DNA from: Curvularia clavata
Taxonomy: Eukaryota
Length of the DNA: 64,000 nt
Assembly (NCBI GenBank): GCA_023920165.1
Contig: CP089274.1
Span: forward strand, 2,914,001 to 2,978,000
Direction of reading: 5' to 3'
A model generated the notes under the pieces. That model ran no database searches, had not been told where the DNA came from, and worked only from the letters and a program-made list of their open reading frames with translations. Positions 36,835 to 50,326 of this stretch are shown here, piece by piece; position 1 is the first letter of the stretch, and each line of letters starts with the position of its first letter. The position numbers and the translations under genes were made by a program.

Positions 36835-38119
36835 GAGACCCACAGCGTGCCCTCGGTACTGTGTGTAAAGATGTGCTCAAGGAAGTGGAGCATGTGAAGA
36901 AGCCTGTACCGTATATGCCAGGCGCCACATTTCTCACCAAAAAAAAGTTCACGCAAGGGTAGCCTGTGGTTTGCATGGCGAGGACTAATCAGCATTGCTG
37001 ACACGTTAGTAATGTCCCAAGTCTGCCGACCGGCCTGCAGTGTCGGATTGGGTATTTTCCTATAATAGTCTAGCAGACTACCAGTCGCCAAGTCGAATGT
37101 GTATGTTTGTTTGTGTGTAGAAGGTTTAGTCTCATCATAGCCCACGCACAGGGTGCGCGTAACAAAGCTTCTTGCTTCCCGGAACGGACACTAAACGAGT
37201 GCCGTGCTTGGCCATGTTAGTCCAAGACGGAGCGGAGCATGGCAAGAAAGTGGATATTTCGGATCCGGATGCTCTGGAAATGACGCCTCCTCCGGTTGCT
37301 TAGTTACGACGCGACCAATCACGACGCGTACAGCCAATGAGCCTTTTGCCTCTTAGCGCACCTCGGAGGACAATCGCCATGTCAGCAACGGCATCACCGA
37401 GATGCCCATGACTTGGCTCCGGAGAGTGCAACTTCAGCCTTTCCCCGCCCGGAGCTTATGGCCAGAATGGCTAACTCACCCGTCGCCGCCTCTTGTAGGC
37501 TCGAGGATCCAACACCCGCTGGCTGCCGTCGACCCTATAAGAGGTTGATCTGTCCCATTGGCAGCATAGGTCCTGTTCCCCGGCCCCGCTGCAAAAACCA
37601 TCCCAGTGCCAGAAAAAGTGAACCTTGCGAACACCCGTGATTGGACTCGACGGCGTAGACATCTGCCTTGAGCCTGACCCTCCCCTTTTGGGTTGCGGAG
37701 ACACACTTGCGTCGAGCAACGACAAAGACACAACCAAATCTCGGCCGAGACATTTGCACCACAGCCGTTTCATCATTGCTGAAATAACGGTCCTTCTTGT
37801 GTGTGTGTGCATGCGGAGATTAGTGTTGCAGTAGAAGAAGGTTACACTATATCTGATTTGGCTGAACTTGCACAAGCACTCCGACGGAGAAGCCGACGCA
37901 AGCGTCAACATCTACTCCACAACTGTCAGACCAGTACCTGTCTACCAACCGCTAAAGGGTGTTTCGGGCATCGTTGCTTTCGGAAAGACTACCTTCACCG
38001 ATCTTTACTTTTTCTTACCACCCGCCACCTCCCCCATATATCAACGTCTCAAAAAGCCAACCTTCCAACGGAAAAAACCCCCAGCACCCAACTAGAGACC
38101 CTACCTGCCTACAGGCAAC

Positions 38120-39688
38120 ATGGCACAGTCGCCGCTGCTTTTCGTCGTTGTGGGGGCCGCCATCTCCTACTTTCTCTACACCCGCATCGCCCTCTATCTG
38201 GCACGTCGGCGCTTCAAGAAAGAACATGGCTGCCAGCCATGCAAGGCACAGTTCAACAAGGACCCAATCCTGGGGCTCGATGTCATGAAGGCCTTGGCCT
38301 ACAACAGCAAACACCACATCACTTTGCAAGAGACTAAGAAGCGATACGAGAAGTTTGGCAACACCTACCACAGCCGAGTCGTCAATATGCCCATGATCAC
38401 AACCTGCGAACCGGAAAACGTCAAGGCGATTTTGAGCTTGAGGTTCAAGGATTACAACTTTGCACACAGACAGGATGCTTTCGGTCCTCTCTTGGGTCAT
38501 GGCATCTTCAATGCGGATGGCGAACGATGGTCTAACAGCCGCCAACTTCTACGACCCAACTTTGCACGAGACCAGGTTGCCGACATTGAGGCTTTTGAGC
38601 GCCACTTTAACCTCATGCTCAAGCACATTCCCAAGGACGGCTCTACAGTTGATTTGCAAAACCTCTTCTTCCACCTGACGCTTGATACCGCAACCGAGTT
38701 CTTGTTCAACCACTCTACCAACTCACTTCGCATGATTGGTCATGAGGACGTCGACAATGAGGATGCCGTCTTTGGAGAAGCATTCAACTTCGCCCAAGCA
38801 GATATCACCGTCCGCGTACGCTACGGATTTTTTGACCGCTTCAGAAAGAATGCAGAGGGTAAGAAGGCCATTGAAATCTGCCACACGTACATCGAGAAGT
38901 TCGTCGACGATGCTCTTCAGTTCAGAGAGAACCTGGATGCTGAGAAGGCGGCTGGCAACCACAAGTACTATTTCATCCAGGAGGTGGCAAAGCAAACGAC
39001 CGATAAGAAGAGGATACGCGAGGAGCTCATTAATATTTTGCTTGCTGGCCGTGACACAACCGCAAGTTTGTTGAGCAATATGTTCTTTGAGCTTGCTAGG
39101 AGACCGGAAATCTTTGCCAAGCTTAGGGAGGAGGTTGCAACATTGGAGGGACGTACACCGACATACCAGGAGTTGAAGAACCTCAAATACGTCAAGTGGT
39201 GCCTTAACGAGTGTAAGTCTTCTATCCGAAATGATCACCTTGTGCTGTTCCTGTACTAATTGCACCCAGCACTTCGCATACACCCCGTCGTACCTGGAAA
39301 CTCACGCTACTGCATCCGTGACAGTGTATTGCCCCGTGGTGGTGGTCCCGACGGCCAGGCGCCGCTCTTTGTTCCTAAGGGCACAATGGTCGCCTACTCA
39401 CCCTACACGATGCACCGCCGCAAGGATCTCTATGGACCCGACGCTGATGAGTTCAAGCCTGAGCGCTGGGAGAATCTGCGTCCTGGTTGGGAATACCTTC
39501 CATTCAATGGCGGCCCACGTATCTGCCTCGGCCAGCAGTATGCGCTCGTCGAAGCCAGCTACGTCACTGTCCGTCTAGCGCAAGAGTTCAAAGCCATGGA
39601 AACCAGAGACCCTGAGCCATGGAAGGAAGGCCTGACACTGACTCTTAGCTCGTTGAACGGAGTTAAGGTTGGTCTCACACCAGCATAG
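38120..39688 (+). CDS. Cytochrome P450, CYP52 clan (alkane/fatty-acid hydroxylase-like), 503 aa
   Basis: Exons 38120-39212 and 39270-39688. N-terminal anchor, [36 protein letters not shown], heme motif [10 protein letters not shown]. Confidence 0.93.
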
Positions 39689-40259
39689 AGGATGTTCGGG
39701 ATTGTTCATGTTTGTTGGACTGTAATGGAATCAGTTGCGTTTCTTTCTTCTCAATTGTATTTCTTTGGAATAGCACGGCCATCAGCAAGTGCGCCTAGTT
39801 TAGATATTCTTTGAGACGGTTCACGTCCACTTTGCTTATAGAATTATTGATCATTGTTATGATTTTGAATCAGAAGCAAACTGAATTCCAAAGAGGGGAC
39901 GTATGAGCGGGGTTCATATATAATTTGGGTCGTCAGTAAGAGTTACCATAGGACAGAGCGCGTGGGTGCCTTGTATAACTCCAACGCACGGTAGCTGTAC
40001 ACACCTGAATTCAACTCTAAGCAACACTTACCTGGCAGCGTCAAAGTTAGATGCTCGTGTCGCCTCGCACACGACCCCAGGGCGCAACCGCCGTCGACCT
40101 AATCCAGTCTAGCGCCGGAAGTCCGCAGCTGGGAACCCAGGAACACATGTGTTGATCAACAACAGCGCAACGCCCCCCGCTGCTCTCGCATCACCTGCAC
40201 TGCGACAGCTCTTGTTCGTCGTTCCCCACGGCATCGTCGCCGACCCACAAATACACACC

Positions 40260-42057
40260 ATGTCGCGAAGCCACCGTCCCTCCACAACGCCTATGGACTT
40301 TGAGTGGACAAACCAAACCGGGCCTATTGACGCACAATCGCCCTTCCTCGCCGCCAGCCAACAGAAGAAACGTAAGTACTCCAGCCTGTCTTGTTTGACT
40401 CCACAGACCGTGTATGGGATGGAGGACATATGCTAATTTCATGGCTCTGGTTGGGCCACGTAGGTTCCCACTCACATCTCGACTCCCCCTCCAAAGGCGG
40501 CTTTGCGACGCCGACTCGTTTACGCGACCCCGACAACCGCATGTCATTCTTCAACCGCGATCCCAGCAAGCCTTTGCCCTCAACACCGGCATCTTCGGTA
40601 CCTGCACACATCCAGCCCAGCCCTTGGTCTATGCGCACCCCTTCACACGACATCGACTTTAGTTCGGGCGGCGAAACACCAGGCACGCCCATGATGATAG
40701 ACAGCGACGTCGGCACACCAGACACACAATTGGCGAGCAAGATGGGGCGACTGGGCAATGGCGACACTGATAGAAAGGGCGGGCGGCGGGACAGTTGGTT
40801 CAAACGGACCTTCATGTCAACCCCCAGTCCGACCAAGGACCGGGAGAAGGAACGAGAGCGAGAGCGAGAGCGAGAGCGGGAACGAGAGAAAGATCAACAC
40901 CAGAAATACTACTCCAAAAAGGCCGAGAACCGCATTGTAAAGCGTCGTTCGCGGTCCAAGAAGCCGATTAACCCCCGCGACGACGACGCTGACGACTCGG
41001 ACAACGACACGGGTCGTCCACTTGTCCCGCCAAAGGAGGCGGGGCCCGTTCAACAAACCTTCGCCATGAGCCTCGGAGGCTTTCTGTCATGGGTCGAAGC
41101 CCACCCGAATCTCCCTTCCGTACTTTCCTACTATCTTCAACTCACCGTCAACATGTTCCTCGGCAGCCTCTTCATGTACATTATCTGGTCAGCGTGGAAT
41201 GGTGTGATGACTGATGTAGACATCGAGTCCTCCAAGCACGCCTCAGAGGTTATGGTTGAGATTGCAGCATGTGCCACGGAATACAACCGCAACCGCTGCC
41301 GTCCCGAAGAGGTAGTGCCGGCTATGGAGAAGGCATGTGGTGTGTGGGAAACTTGCATGAACCGCGATCCCAAGAAGGTTGCTCGTGCGAGTGTCACAGC
41401 GAAGACATTTGCCATAATATTCAACAGTTTTGTGGAAGAATTCAGCTACAAAGCCATGGTATGCTTCAGTCTCGTTTTTATTCTTTGGCACGGGGCACGG
41501 TCGACGATCACGTATGGACATGTGCGAATTGTAGAAACTGAGCATGCTCAGTCTTCTGGATGCACTACACAGATCAGAACCAAAGAACCGATTTCTCGAC
41601 TTTAACTAGATACTCGAACCTTTCCTCCACATGGCTACAAAACACCGCTAACATATCCCGCTCATAGATCTTCACAGCCATCGTCATCTTTGGCGGCTTC
41701 AACCTCTCCAACTGGGCCTTTGGTCTCATACGCTCCCAGCAACAACAGCAACAGCAACAATCACAACAACCCCAAAACGACTACATGCCTCAAACACCCC
41801 ATCGAGGAGTATCAAACTCGTACATGGACCACCAGCAGCAAGGCTACCATAACCCTTACCAACAAAACTGGCAACAGCAGTTGCCACCTTATGCTCAACC
41901 GCAGCATACACCGTATACCGGCCAAAGGCACATTGAAGCGGCTCCACCGCTCGTCCACGCACATACCATGCCCCAGCTACCTTCGACAACGAGTTCCTTG
42001 GATCCGTCATTGGAGAGTACCAACAGGACTACCAGAAAAAGGGGTGTGTTCAGATAG
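40260..42057 (+). CDS. BRR6: Nuclear envelope protein Brr6/Brl1 (~498 aa)
   Basis: Exons 40260-40371, 40464-41458 and 41668-42057. PMDFEW N-terminal motif; two TM segments flanking a luminal loop with four Cys (CATEYNRNRC..CGVWETCM); FNSFVE. Confidence 0.88.
40853..40888 (+). repeat. Coding (CGAGAG)n hexamer repeat encoding an (RE)n tract in Brr6/Brl1
   Basis: cgagag x4, then cgggaa cgagag. Confidence 0.85.
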
Positions 42058-42627
42058 GCTTTTCTCTTTTGTTGTTTTTCTTTCACACACTTTTGTGTCT
42101 TGTACATTCCCCTTCTCTTTCACCATCACTCTTTTGTTTTCTTTGTATTTTTTGTGGGTTATGGACAATAAAATTGGTTCAAGGACATATAGGACCGAAA
42201 GGAGGTGTGGCTTGGATTTTGGAGTAGGAGGGGGCCGGTGCGTAAAGGGTATGCACTGGCGAAAATTGGCGTTTGGGGTATGGACTTGATTTTGTTTATG
42301 CCACGCTTGTTTTTTTTCTATGTTGCTTGCAATATAGGCAAATTTACCATCTACACCATGCCTTTTCTGCGATTGAACGGGAAAGAAAACTATCCAGATA
42401 CTGTGCACATTCAATACATACATTGCTTCATCTCAAAACTAAAACGAGTGCATTAAATCAATATTCTTATACAGTCAAAAATTCATATAAGCTTCTCCAG
42501 AGCCAGGATATCAAAGCCAAAATCTCATACACATACATTCATCTGCCCTCAAAACGCCATTCTTGATCCCTAACCTCTTTCTCTATGTGATCTTGACCGT
42601 GGCAACATGCAACATATGTCATCTGAT

Positions 42628-45600
42628 TCAAGCAGCCGCCTCGGCCTTGGCATCCTCCTTTCCACTCTCCTCATACTTTTCCCAGTTGGCCAGAATGTTG
42701 CCAATCTTGGGAGAGTTGGTAAGCTTGTATACATCCTCAAAGTATTCCTTGGTCAACGCAAACGGCTTGGCAGTCACGTTGGGGATATACTTGCCAACCA
42801 ACTTGCTCGGGTCGATGGATGTCTTGTGAATCTTCTTCAGAAGGAACGAACGGAAGGGCTTGACACCAGAGCGCAAGAAGGTCGAGTGGAAGGGCACGTC
42901 GATACCCTTGAGCGGGATAGTAGCAAAGCCGCGCTGGAGGTCAAGAGGCTTAGGCTTGGCCTCAGTCTGCTCGGCGCAGCCCTTGATGATCTCAACCAGG
43001 TGGTTCTTGACCTCTTCCAGAGAGAGAGTCTGCATAAGGGCCTGAATGTCGATCTTCTGCTGCTTGAGGTAGTTTGTCACACCTGTGAGGCAGTCGAGAG
43101 CGCGAAGGTCACCGGCGGCGACATACTGCATGTTGGCGATGTTGTAGTTGACAATCTCCAGCAGCCATCCAGTTGTTTCAGCGATGTTCTCAACAACGTA
43201 TTGAAGGGCCTGCTCGTTGAAGGTCTTGGAGATCCTGCTAGGGTTGACAGCACACATGGAGTAGTTGGAGCGACCCGTCTCGTCACGCTCGACAGCGACT
43301 TGCATCGTAAGACCACGGTAGAAGACGACAGAGACCAAACTCTCGATGGGCATGACTTCTGCCATGGCTGCGAGTGCAGAGTATTCACCGAGCGAGTGTC
43401 CGGCAAATGTGCTTTCGACTTGGATCAAACCCTTGGCGCGCATATCCTCAAAGGATGCCTTCTCCATGAGAGTAAGAGCTGGCTGCGTGAATTGAGTGGC
43501 AGAAAGCAGACCAGCTGGGGACCGGTAGGTGTACGATGTGGTGTTCTCATCAATCTCCTTGAAGATCTTCTCAGATTTGATGGTGCCATCGGCGGCAACG
43601 GTCTCGAACGTCATAGACATGTAGTTCTGGCGGATTGCCTTGCCGACAGGACCGCCAAAGTGAATGGTCAGCTCCTTGGGGTTGTTCTTCACGATGTTCG
43701 TGATGGCGAAACCTATTCAAAATTAGCAAGTAAATTGAGTATCCAAACATGTTTGACTTACCATAGTTGTCCATGAAGTGCTTGTCAGCACGGTCCCAGA
43801 CCTCCTTAGCAACAGGGCTGCTGTTGTAGAGCTCCATTCCCATGCCTTGCTCCTGGGAACCTTGACCAGTGAAGACATAGGATGTTGTAGGTTGTTCAAC
43901 CTCAGCCTCGCCAAGCAGGACCTTGTCTTCGGTCTCCTGGTTGCTGACCTCGATCTTGATGATCTTGCGGCCAGAGACCATACCAACGTGCTGAAGCTTG
44001 ACGTCTAGCATGTCATCAGGCAGCACCATGCCTACAAGGTTTACGTGGTAGCTCCTGACACGACCAACGTTGTTTTCAGCCGCCCATGTCTCGACCAGAC
44101 TTCGGACAGCTGCGCTGGAGTACATGCCGTGAGTGATGGTACCAGGGAGGTTGGCATAGCTGGCAAAGACACGCGAGACGTGAATAGGGTTGTAATCACC
44201 AGAGACGCGAGCATAGTTTTCGTTGGACGCGGGCGCCTTGAGGCTCAGCGGCGTCTTTCCGTGCAGGGGAATAGCATTCTCAAACAGCACAGGCTGGTCG
44301 ACCGCGGCTCCATTGCGCTCCAAGTAGTCCATGACAGGATTGCCAAACGCAGTACCCGATCGGTAATCGACAGAAGCAATCTGAATGATCTCTTTGGTGG
44401 GAAGCTCGAGGAGGACTTCACCTTGAGTCTCGATGTCCGAGAAGACGGTCTTATTCTTGTACCTAACAACCGTCTCGAGCTTGAAAAGCAAGGTCTTGTT
44501 GAGCAGATCAATCTCGGGCTCCTCGAAGTTGAACCATTCCTTCGAACGGAGAATGGCGACGTCCTTGCTCGTAGCCAAGTGGAGTTGAATGGGCTTCTCG
44601 ACTTTCCTTTGGAAGGTGTTCTCAAAGTCATCGTATGCGCCACGATACAGGAACTGGCTGGTGACTTCCATGACGGGCTTGCCATCACGAGTGATGGTAC
44701 CACAGACCTCTACCATCTTGCCAGAGTCCTGGTTGATGACGGCGTTGATTTGAGCAGTCGTGTCGAGAACATCGCCCTTCTTGAGAGGCTCGGCGCCAGA
44801 GATCATGCGGAAGCCATTGGACAGGTGAACCAGCTTGAGCAAATCACCATCAATTGCACGGGGGAAGATGGGCTTGGTAATGGCCTTCCAGCCGACAACG
44901 ATGGCGAAATCCATAGGGGCAAAGACTTCCTTACCAGGACGGTCAACGAACGCCTCTCCCGTGTTGCCAACTGCGTGAACAAAGTCGTTGATGGCTTCAC
45001 TTGTCACAGTAGCACGTCCACCATCGAAGCGTGAAGTGACGGAAGCATCGAATGGGCAGGCCTCATCACCAAACCAGATCTTGTAGTAGAATTCCTTGAT
45101 GCGGTCGTTGCGGGCCTCCATGACTTCGTGGATGGGCGCGTAACCAACATCTGGACGGTAGGTGAAGCGGAAAGGCAAGGCAACGGCTTGCTTGAGGGCA
45201 GTACGCTCCTCGTAAAGGTTGAGGACAATCTCGTTGCCGTTTGTCATGCTGACCTCGGCTGTTTTAACCAACCTGCCGCCGGTATGCAGCTCCTTTACAA
45301 TGATGGCAGTCTTGGCTGGCTCCTTGGGGTTTTGGATCTCAACCATCATGCCGTGAGTCGGGGCGAATATCCGTGCAGTTGGGTTGGTCTGGAAGCGCTG
45401 ACCCTGCACAAAAATGTCGGCGGTGAAGAAGGCGTGCCTCCAAGAGTAACTGGTGCCAGCAAGGAGTTGAAGCCATGATTGGACGTCAGGCATGGTGGCG
45501 TTGGGAGCAGCAGCAAGGCGGTAAATGATCTTGTTTTCAAGCTCTGAAATGGTAAGGCCATCAACATCCAAGCCCTGAGGAGGAGCAAGCAGATTGCTAC

Positions 45601-48600
45601 CGAAGTACTCAATGACAGGGACCTTGGACTCGTCGTCGCCGTAGATGTCGCGAAGCAAGTACTTGATGTGGCCCTCATGGACGCCGTCAAGAATTTCCTT
45701 GATAGGCTCGTCAACTTTGGTGGAGTACTTGACGGCCATGGGACCTTGCAGAATACATGTCCTGCCCACGTCCTGGTCAACGACAGCATCAAGATCCTCG
45801 GATTGCCAAAGTGAATCCTTCTTGAAGAAGAATTCAAAAGTATCATCAAGGACAGGAACAAAGGGAACAGGCTTCTGACCACGACGCTGGCAGAGCAACA
45901 GGAAGTGCTGCACGTCCTGGGCGTTGATGAGCTGCTCGTCAGCCTCAGGGTAAGCCTTGAGGACCTTCTCAACCATGGGGAAGGGGTCGTTGAGCTCTTC
46001 GTAGTTCTGGATCAGAGAGTCGCTGCTAGTCTTGCTGAAACGTTCCTCCAATCGGCGGATGAAGTCGCCTGTCAAGCGCTTCAAGCTCGGGTCGATCCAG
46101 CGAGACTGGTGCTTGACGTACATCAATTCCACCATGCGCTGAACCACCTCGGCATAGGTCATGTCCTCAAGGTCGACTGACATGCCCTGCTTGTTCTTGC
46201 CGAACCAGACCTTTTGGAAGTCCTTGTTCAGCTTGTCAATGATGTAGTTGCGCATCTTCTTCAGTTCGGGAACGCGCTTGGCCTTGTCAAGACTGAAGAT
46301 CTTCTGGTCCATCTCGTGCCAGAAAATGACACCACGAGTCGCGAGCTTGTGGATGGGCTCGCCCATCTCAGAGCGAACAGTGATAACACCACCGGCGGGG
46401 CCCTTGTAGGTCTTCTCCCATTCACTGTCATCAAGACCCGGAGCATCCACGATGGCCTGCTTAGCCATCTTAGAAGTATGTGCTTCCTTGGCAGTCATGA
46501 CACGGCTACCGAACAAGCAACCATCGAAAGGCATGGGTGGGTAACCAAATTTGGTGGACCATGATCCGGTAAGGTAAGGGTAGGTGTCCTCAGCGCCACC
46601 AAAGCCTGAACCAGCAACGAGAATCAGGTTGTCGCACTTGCGCAGACGGCTGTACATTTGCAGAATGGGCTGGTGGAAGTCCTCGAAGGAATGATGACCA
46701 CCGCCACGACCACCGGTCCACTGAAGAAGAACAGGGAAAGTAGGGTTGGCCTTGGCAATGTTGATTGTCTGCTGGATCGCCTCAACCGAACCTGGCTTGA
46801 AAGCAATGTGCTTTATTCCGAGGGTCTCAATGTACTCATTGGCGACCTCAATGGATGGGACACCAGCACCAATGGTAAGTCCCTCGATGGGGACACCATC
46901 GGCTCTGAGCTTCGCCAAGAGGGGAATCTGCCAGCCCATAGCACGAGGGTTAACGTAGATCAGATTGACAGTGATACCCCTGCCAGCAGGAATGGCCTTC
47001 TCGACCTTGGAGATGGCGGCAGTCATGGTCTTCTCATTGTAGTAACCACCACCAGCAAGTTCGATTTCGTAACCGGCGTTCATGGTTGCTGCTACAAAAT
47101 CCCATGGCACTGTGCACGGTGTCATACCAGCGACCATAACCGGGGGTAGACCGAGCGTGCGGCTCATCTTGGTGTCGACAAAAGTCTGGCCTGTAGACGT
47201 CTTGACCAGGCGAGGGCCGTGTTCCTTGACCCAGTCTACAGCGTACTTGACAGCATGTTCAAAGTCACGATCGAAGATTTCGGGCTTGTAGCCAACTTCG
47301 GCATTCTGGCCATCGATAGCACCAGCAAGGATGACACGGACGCCAGTACCGTCCTTGTTACGGTTTGTAAGAACGCCAAGACCAGAGATGCCACCAGGGC
47401 CAAAGTCAAGGATGTGGGTTGCCTTGGGGAACACGGTTGCCTTCTCCCACTCGACTGAGTCTGCCGTGATCATGCTGACGAGTCTTGGGACAATGTTGTC
47501 TGTCTCTGTCTCGCGCAGATCTTGGCCAGTATGAGTATCATACATGGGTATGCCGAGATCAGCAGTGGAGATCTTGATGGCCTTGAGATCCTCCTCAAGC
47601 TGCTTGGTTGCATCTGCGAGGTAGGGGCTGTGGAACGGGGCTGTGATGGGCAGGAACCGGTTCACGAAGCGTACTTTGCGCTCCGTGAAGGGTATTCTGG
47701 TCTGATCCAAGCCAGTGGGGGCCTTGTCTTTGCGGAGACGAAGGTTGAGACCGTACAGGGAAATGGGTGGGCCTGTCACAACAAAGTTGCGGGCGCTGTT
47801 GACAAGGGAGATGGCAATGTGGCGGTCTTCGGGCAAATGAGCATTGGTAGCGTCAATGTGGTCCTGAACCGCCTTTCTTGAAAGGTCACGGATGGACAGC
47901 ATAGGGGTTGGTGTACCCTCGCCATTGTCAATCGAATCCTGAAGCACTGTAGGAGCAAGCGATGTCCTAGGGAAGGCTTGCTGACTTCGTGTACCGATCC
48001 AGAAGAGGATCTCGATAGCCTTCTTGGCAGCCCGCTCAAATGTCTCCCAGTTCTTTGCCTCAGCAATGGCAGCTGCTGTGACGACACCTTGCGAATGACC
48101 GGTAACACCGCTCAGGCGGCTTCGCACGTGGCCTGGGTGGCTTCCGAGGACTCTGCAGGTCACGACATAGTGCGCGAGCTGGGTCAACCCAATCAAGGGC
48201 AGACTGACGGGTGCCGAAACCAGGTAGTCGGTGTCGGGTTGCGAATCTCGGTTGTTCAGCCATCGCATTACGTCGAGACCCTTTGAGTAGAGCTTCTCAG
48301 CGCGCGGGTCCCGCGACAGTTGCAGGAGATGCTGTGCCTCTGCTGCGATGAAGTCCTCTACAAACGAGGGGTAGGTGTTGTAGATTTCGCGGAGTTCATC
48401 AAAGTACTCCTCAATGTTGCCTTGTCCACCGAGAACCGCGTATATGAAGGCGTTCTCGTCTGAGGCCTCGCGGAAAAGCGCCGACTCGTGGTGCTTGATG
48501 GGCCGCTCTACTGCGGCACGAGCAGCATAGTATGACCGCACTGTCAACAGCTTCTTCTCCGTGATTCCTGGCAGAGAGGCAGCGAGCGCGTGCACCTCAT

Positions 48601-48937
48601 TGCCGCGCAGGAAGGCCCGCTCGAATTCGGTGAGGACGAGCTTGAGGACCTCCTCGAATGAGTCTGGGTCTTCGCCCTCCTCTACCTCCTTGGCCACAAA
48701 GCCCAAGTATCGAGCCACCAGCTCCGGCACCGACGATGGCTCATCATCTTGGGCGAGCTCATCGGTGGGCTCGGGAAGAGTTGTCTTGAAGGTATCCCTT
48801 AGCTGCTGCGCATTGAAGTGCAGAGCCGTGGGAATGAGGAGCGTGTACTCGAGAGAGCCGTGGGAGAGGATGAGTGGGCGCAGGTTTGCGGCAGAGCGGG
48901 GCGTGGAGATGCCCGTCTGCTGGCCGGAACCGTACAT
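42628..48937 (-). CDS. FAS1: Fatty acid synthase beta subunit (AT-ER-DH-MPT), ~2086 aa
   Basis: Exons 48937-43762 and 43712-42628 (49-nt intron; junction [12 protein letters not shown]). [38 protein letters not shown] and AGHSLGEY. Confidence 0.97.
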
Positions 48938-50326
48938 GATGTGTGTATTGGGATTACTTGGTGCCCTGCAAATGGCGGCTGTCAGCTGTGTGTTTTGGTG
49001 GAGGGGTGCCGGTGGCGGGTGGGGGCAGGGTGGTGAGGGGGGAGATTTGGAGGGAGAGGTGGAAGGCGCCTACCTTTGGACTGATTAAAGTTACAGAAGG
49101 AGCGAATTCCAGCGGGAAAGAGCGCCTGTGCAGTGTGAGCAGGCGGGTACTCGTCTGGAGCGGGTGGGGAAGGTGCAATGGGGGTGCTGGCAGCAGACAG
49201 AGGCCGTGGAGAGGCCTTGTCGAGACGGCGTGTTTGCAATGGGTGGCCAAAGGGACTCAATGCGTACCTTTTCACCGAGACAGAAGCAAATCTGGCCACA
49301 GTGTGGGTGGTGTGTAATTGTGTGCTCGGGAATTGGTCCGTACTGCTAGGGTGTGGTGTAGCAGCTCCCGTGCAGGCAGGGCAGTGTGCGGTAGGTGTTG
49401 CGAGCGGAGGTGAAGATGCACCGCAGGCAGCAGGATGGAGGGAAGAGAGCCCGAGTTATTGTGGACAGGAAGTGACTAGAGAGGGCTCGGGCAATTGATG
49501 CGGGCAGACGGGCAGAGAATGAGTCGGAGGCGGTGCGCTGGCGTGGGTTATGATGGCGCCGCTTTGGACGACTTTTTCGACGAGGAGCTCACAAATGGCT
49601 CCGCATAGTACCTAGCTAGTAGTGCATGGGTGGCTAGGGCCAACAGGGGTCCACGCTATGTCTCCTACACAAACGCTGGGGGGGCGTCACTCAACAACTC
49701 GCGCCGCTTATGCACTTATCCGATGGCACGCAGCTGTTGAGCACGCGGCCGCAGCATACCTGTGGCCGCGATGCAGCCATGCTCTCGCCGGTTGCGGTTC
49801 TGTTGCGAGGCCTCGCCCATGGATGGGGGTTGCCTACGGCTGCAGATGTTGCGAGGTGTTGTATTCGCAAGCCCAACTGTTCTGGGCGCGGTGAGGGGGG
49901 CTCTCGTTGAGTACTCGCCAAAGCAGTAACGAGCTGCAGACGAGTGCAGGGGTCTAGGTTTTTTAGTGACCAGCCAGCATCCGGAGGCGGGAGAAAACCT
50001 CAATGGCCCTGCGACATCAACGCTGCCCTTGATCCGACTGATAAACTGCCAATGCGTTGGGCCCGTCGTTCCTACAACTCCCGCTCAGCAACTTTTTTGC
50101 CCGCCTCGTAAAATTACCCTGTCCGCGGGGATAAGCAGCCCCTCCCCGAACCCTGGACCGTCTCGACAAGACGTGCCTCTCACCGCACTACACACTACCC
50201 ACTATCACCTAATAGCGCGTCTTCGCCCTGGCCCTTTGCTGTCTCCCTTGACACACGGTGCCCTCTGTCTATTTTGTCCCAGAGATACCCCCATTGAGCT
50301 CCGTCGTCTCCCACACCCACCTCACC
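48938..50326. promoter_or_regulatory. Bidirectional promoter region shared by FAS1 and FAS2
   Basis: 1.39-kb head-to-head interval with pyrimidine-rich leaders facing each gene. This arrangement is established for filamentous-fungal FAS genes. Confidence 0.8.

Noticed and set aside
43571..43761. Apparent frameshift or early stop splitting FAS1 into two ORFs
   Set aside because: Explained by a canonical 49-nt intron (43713-43761).
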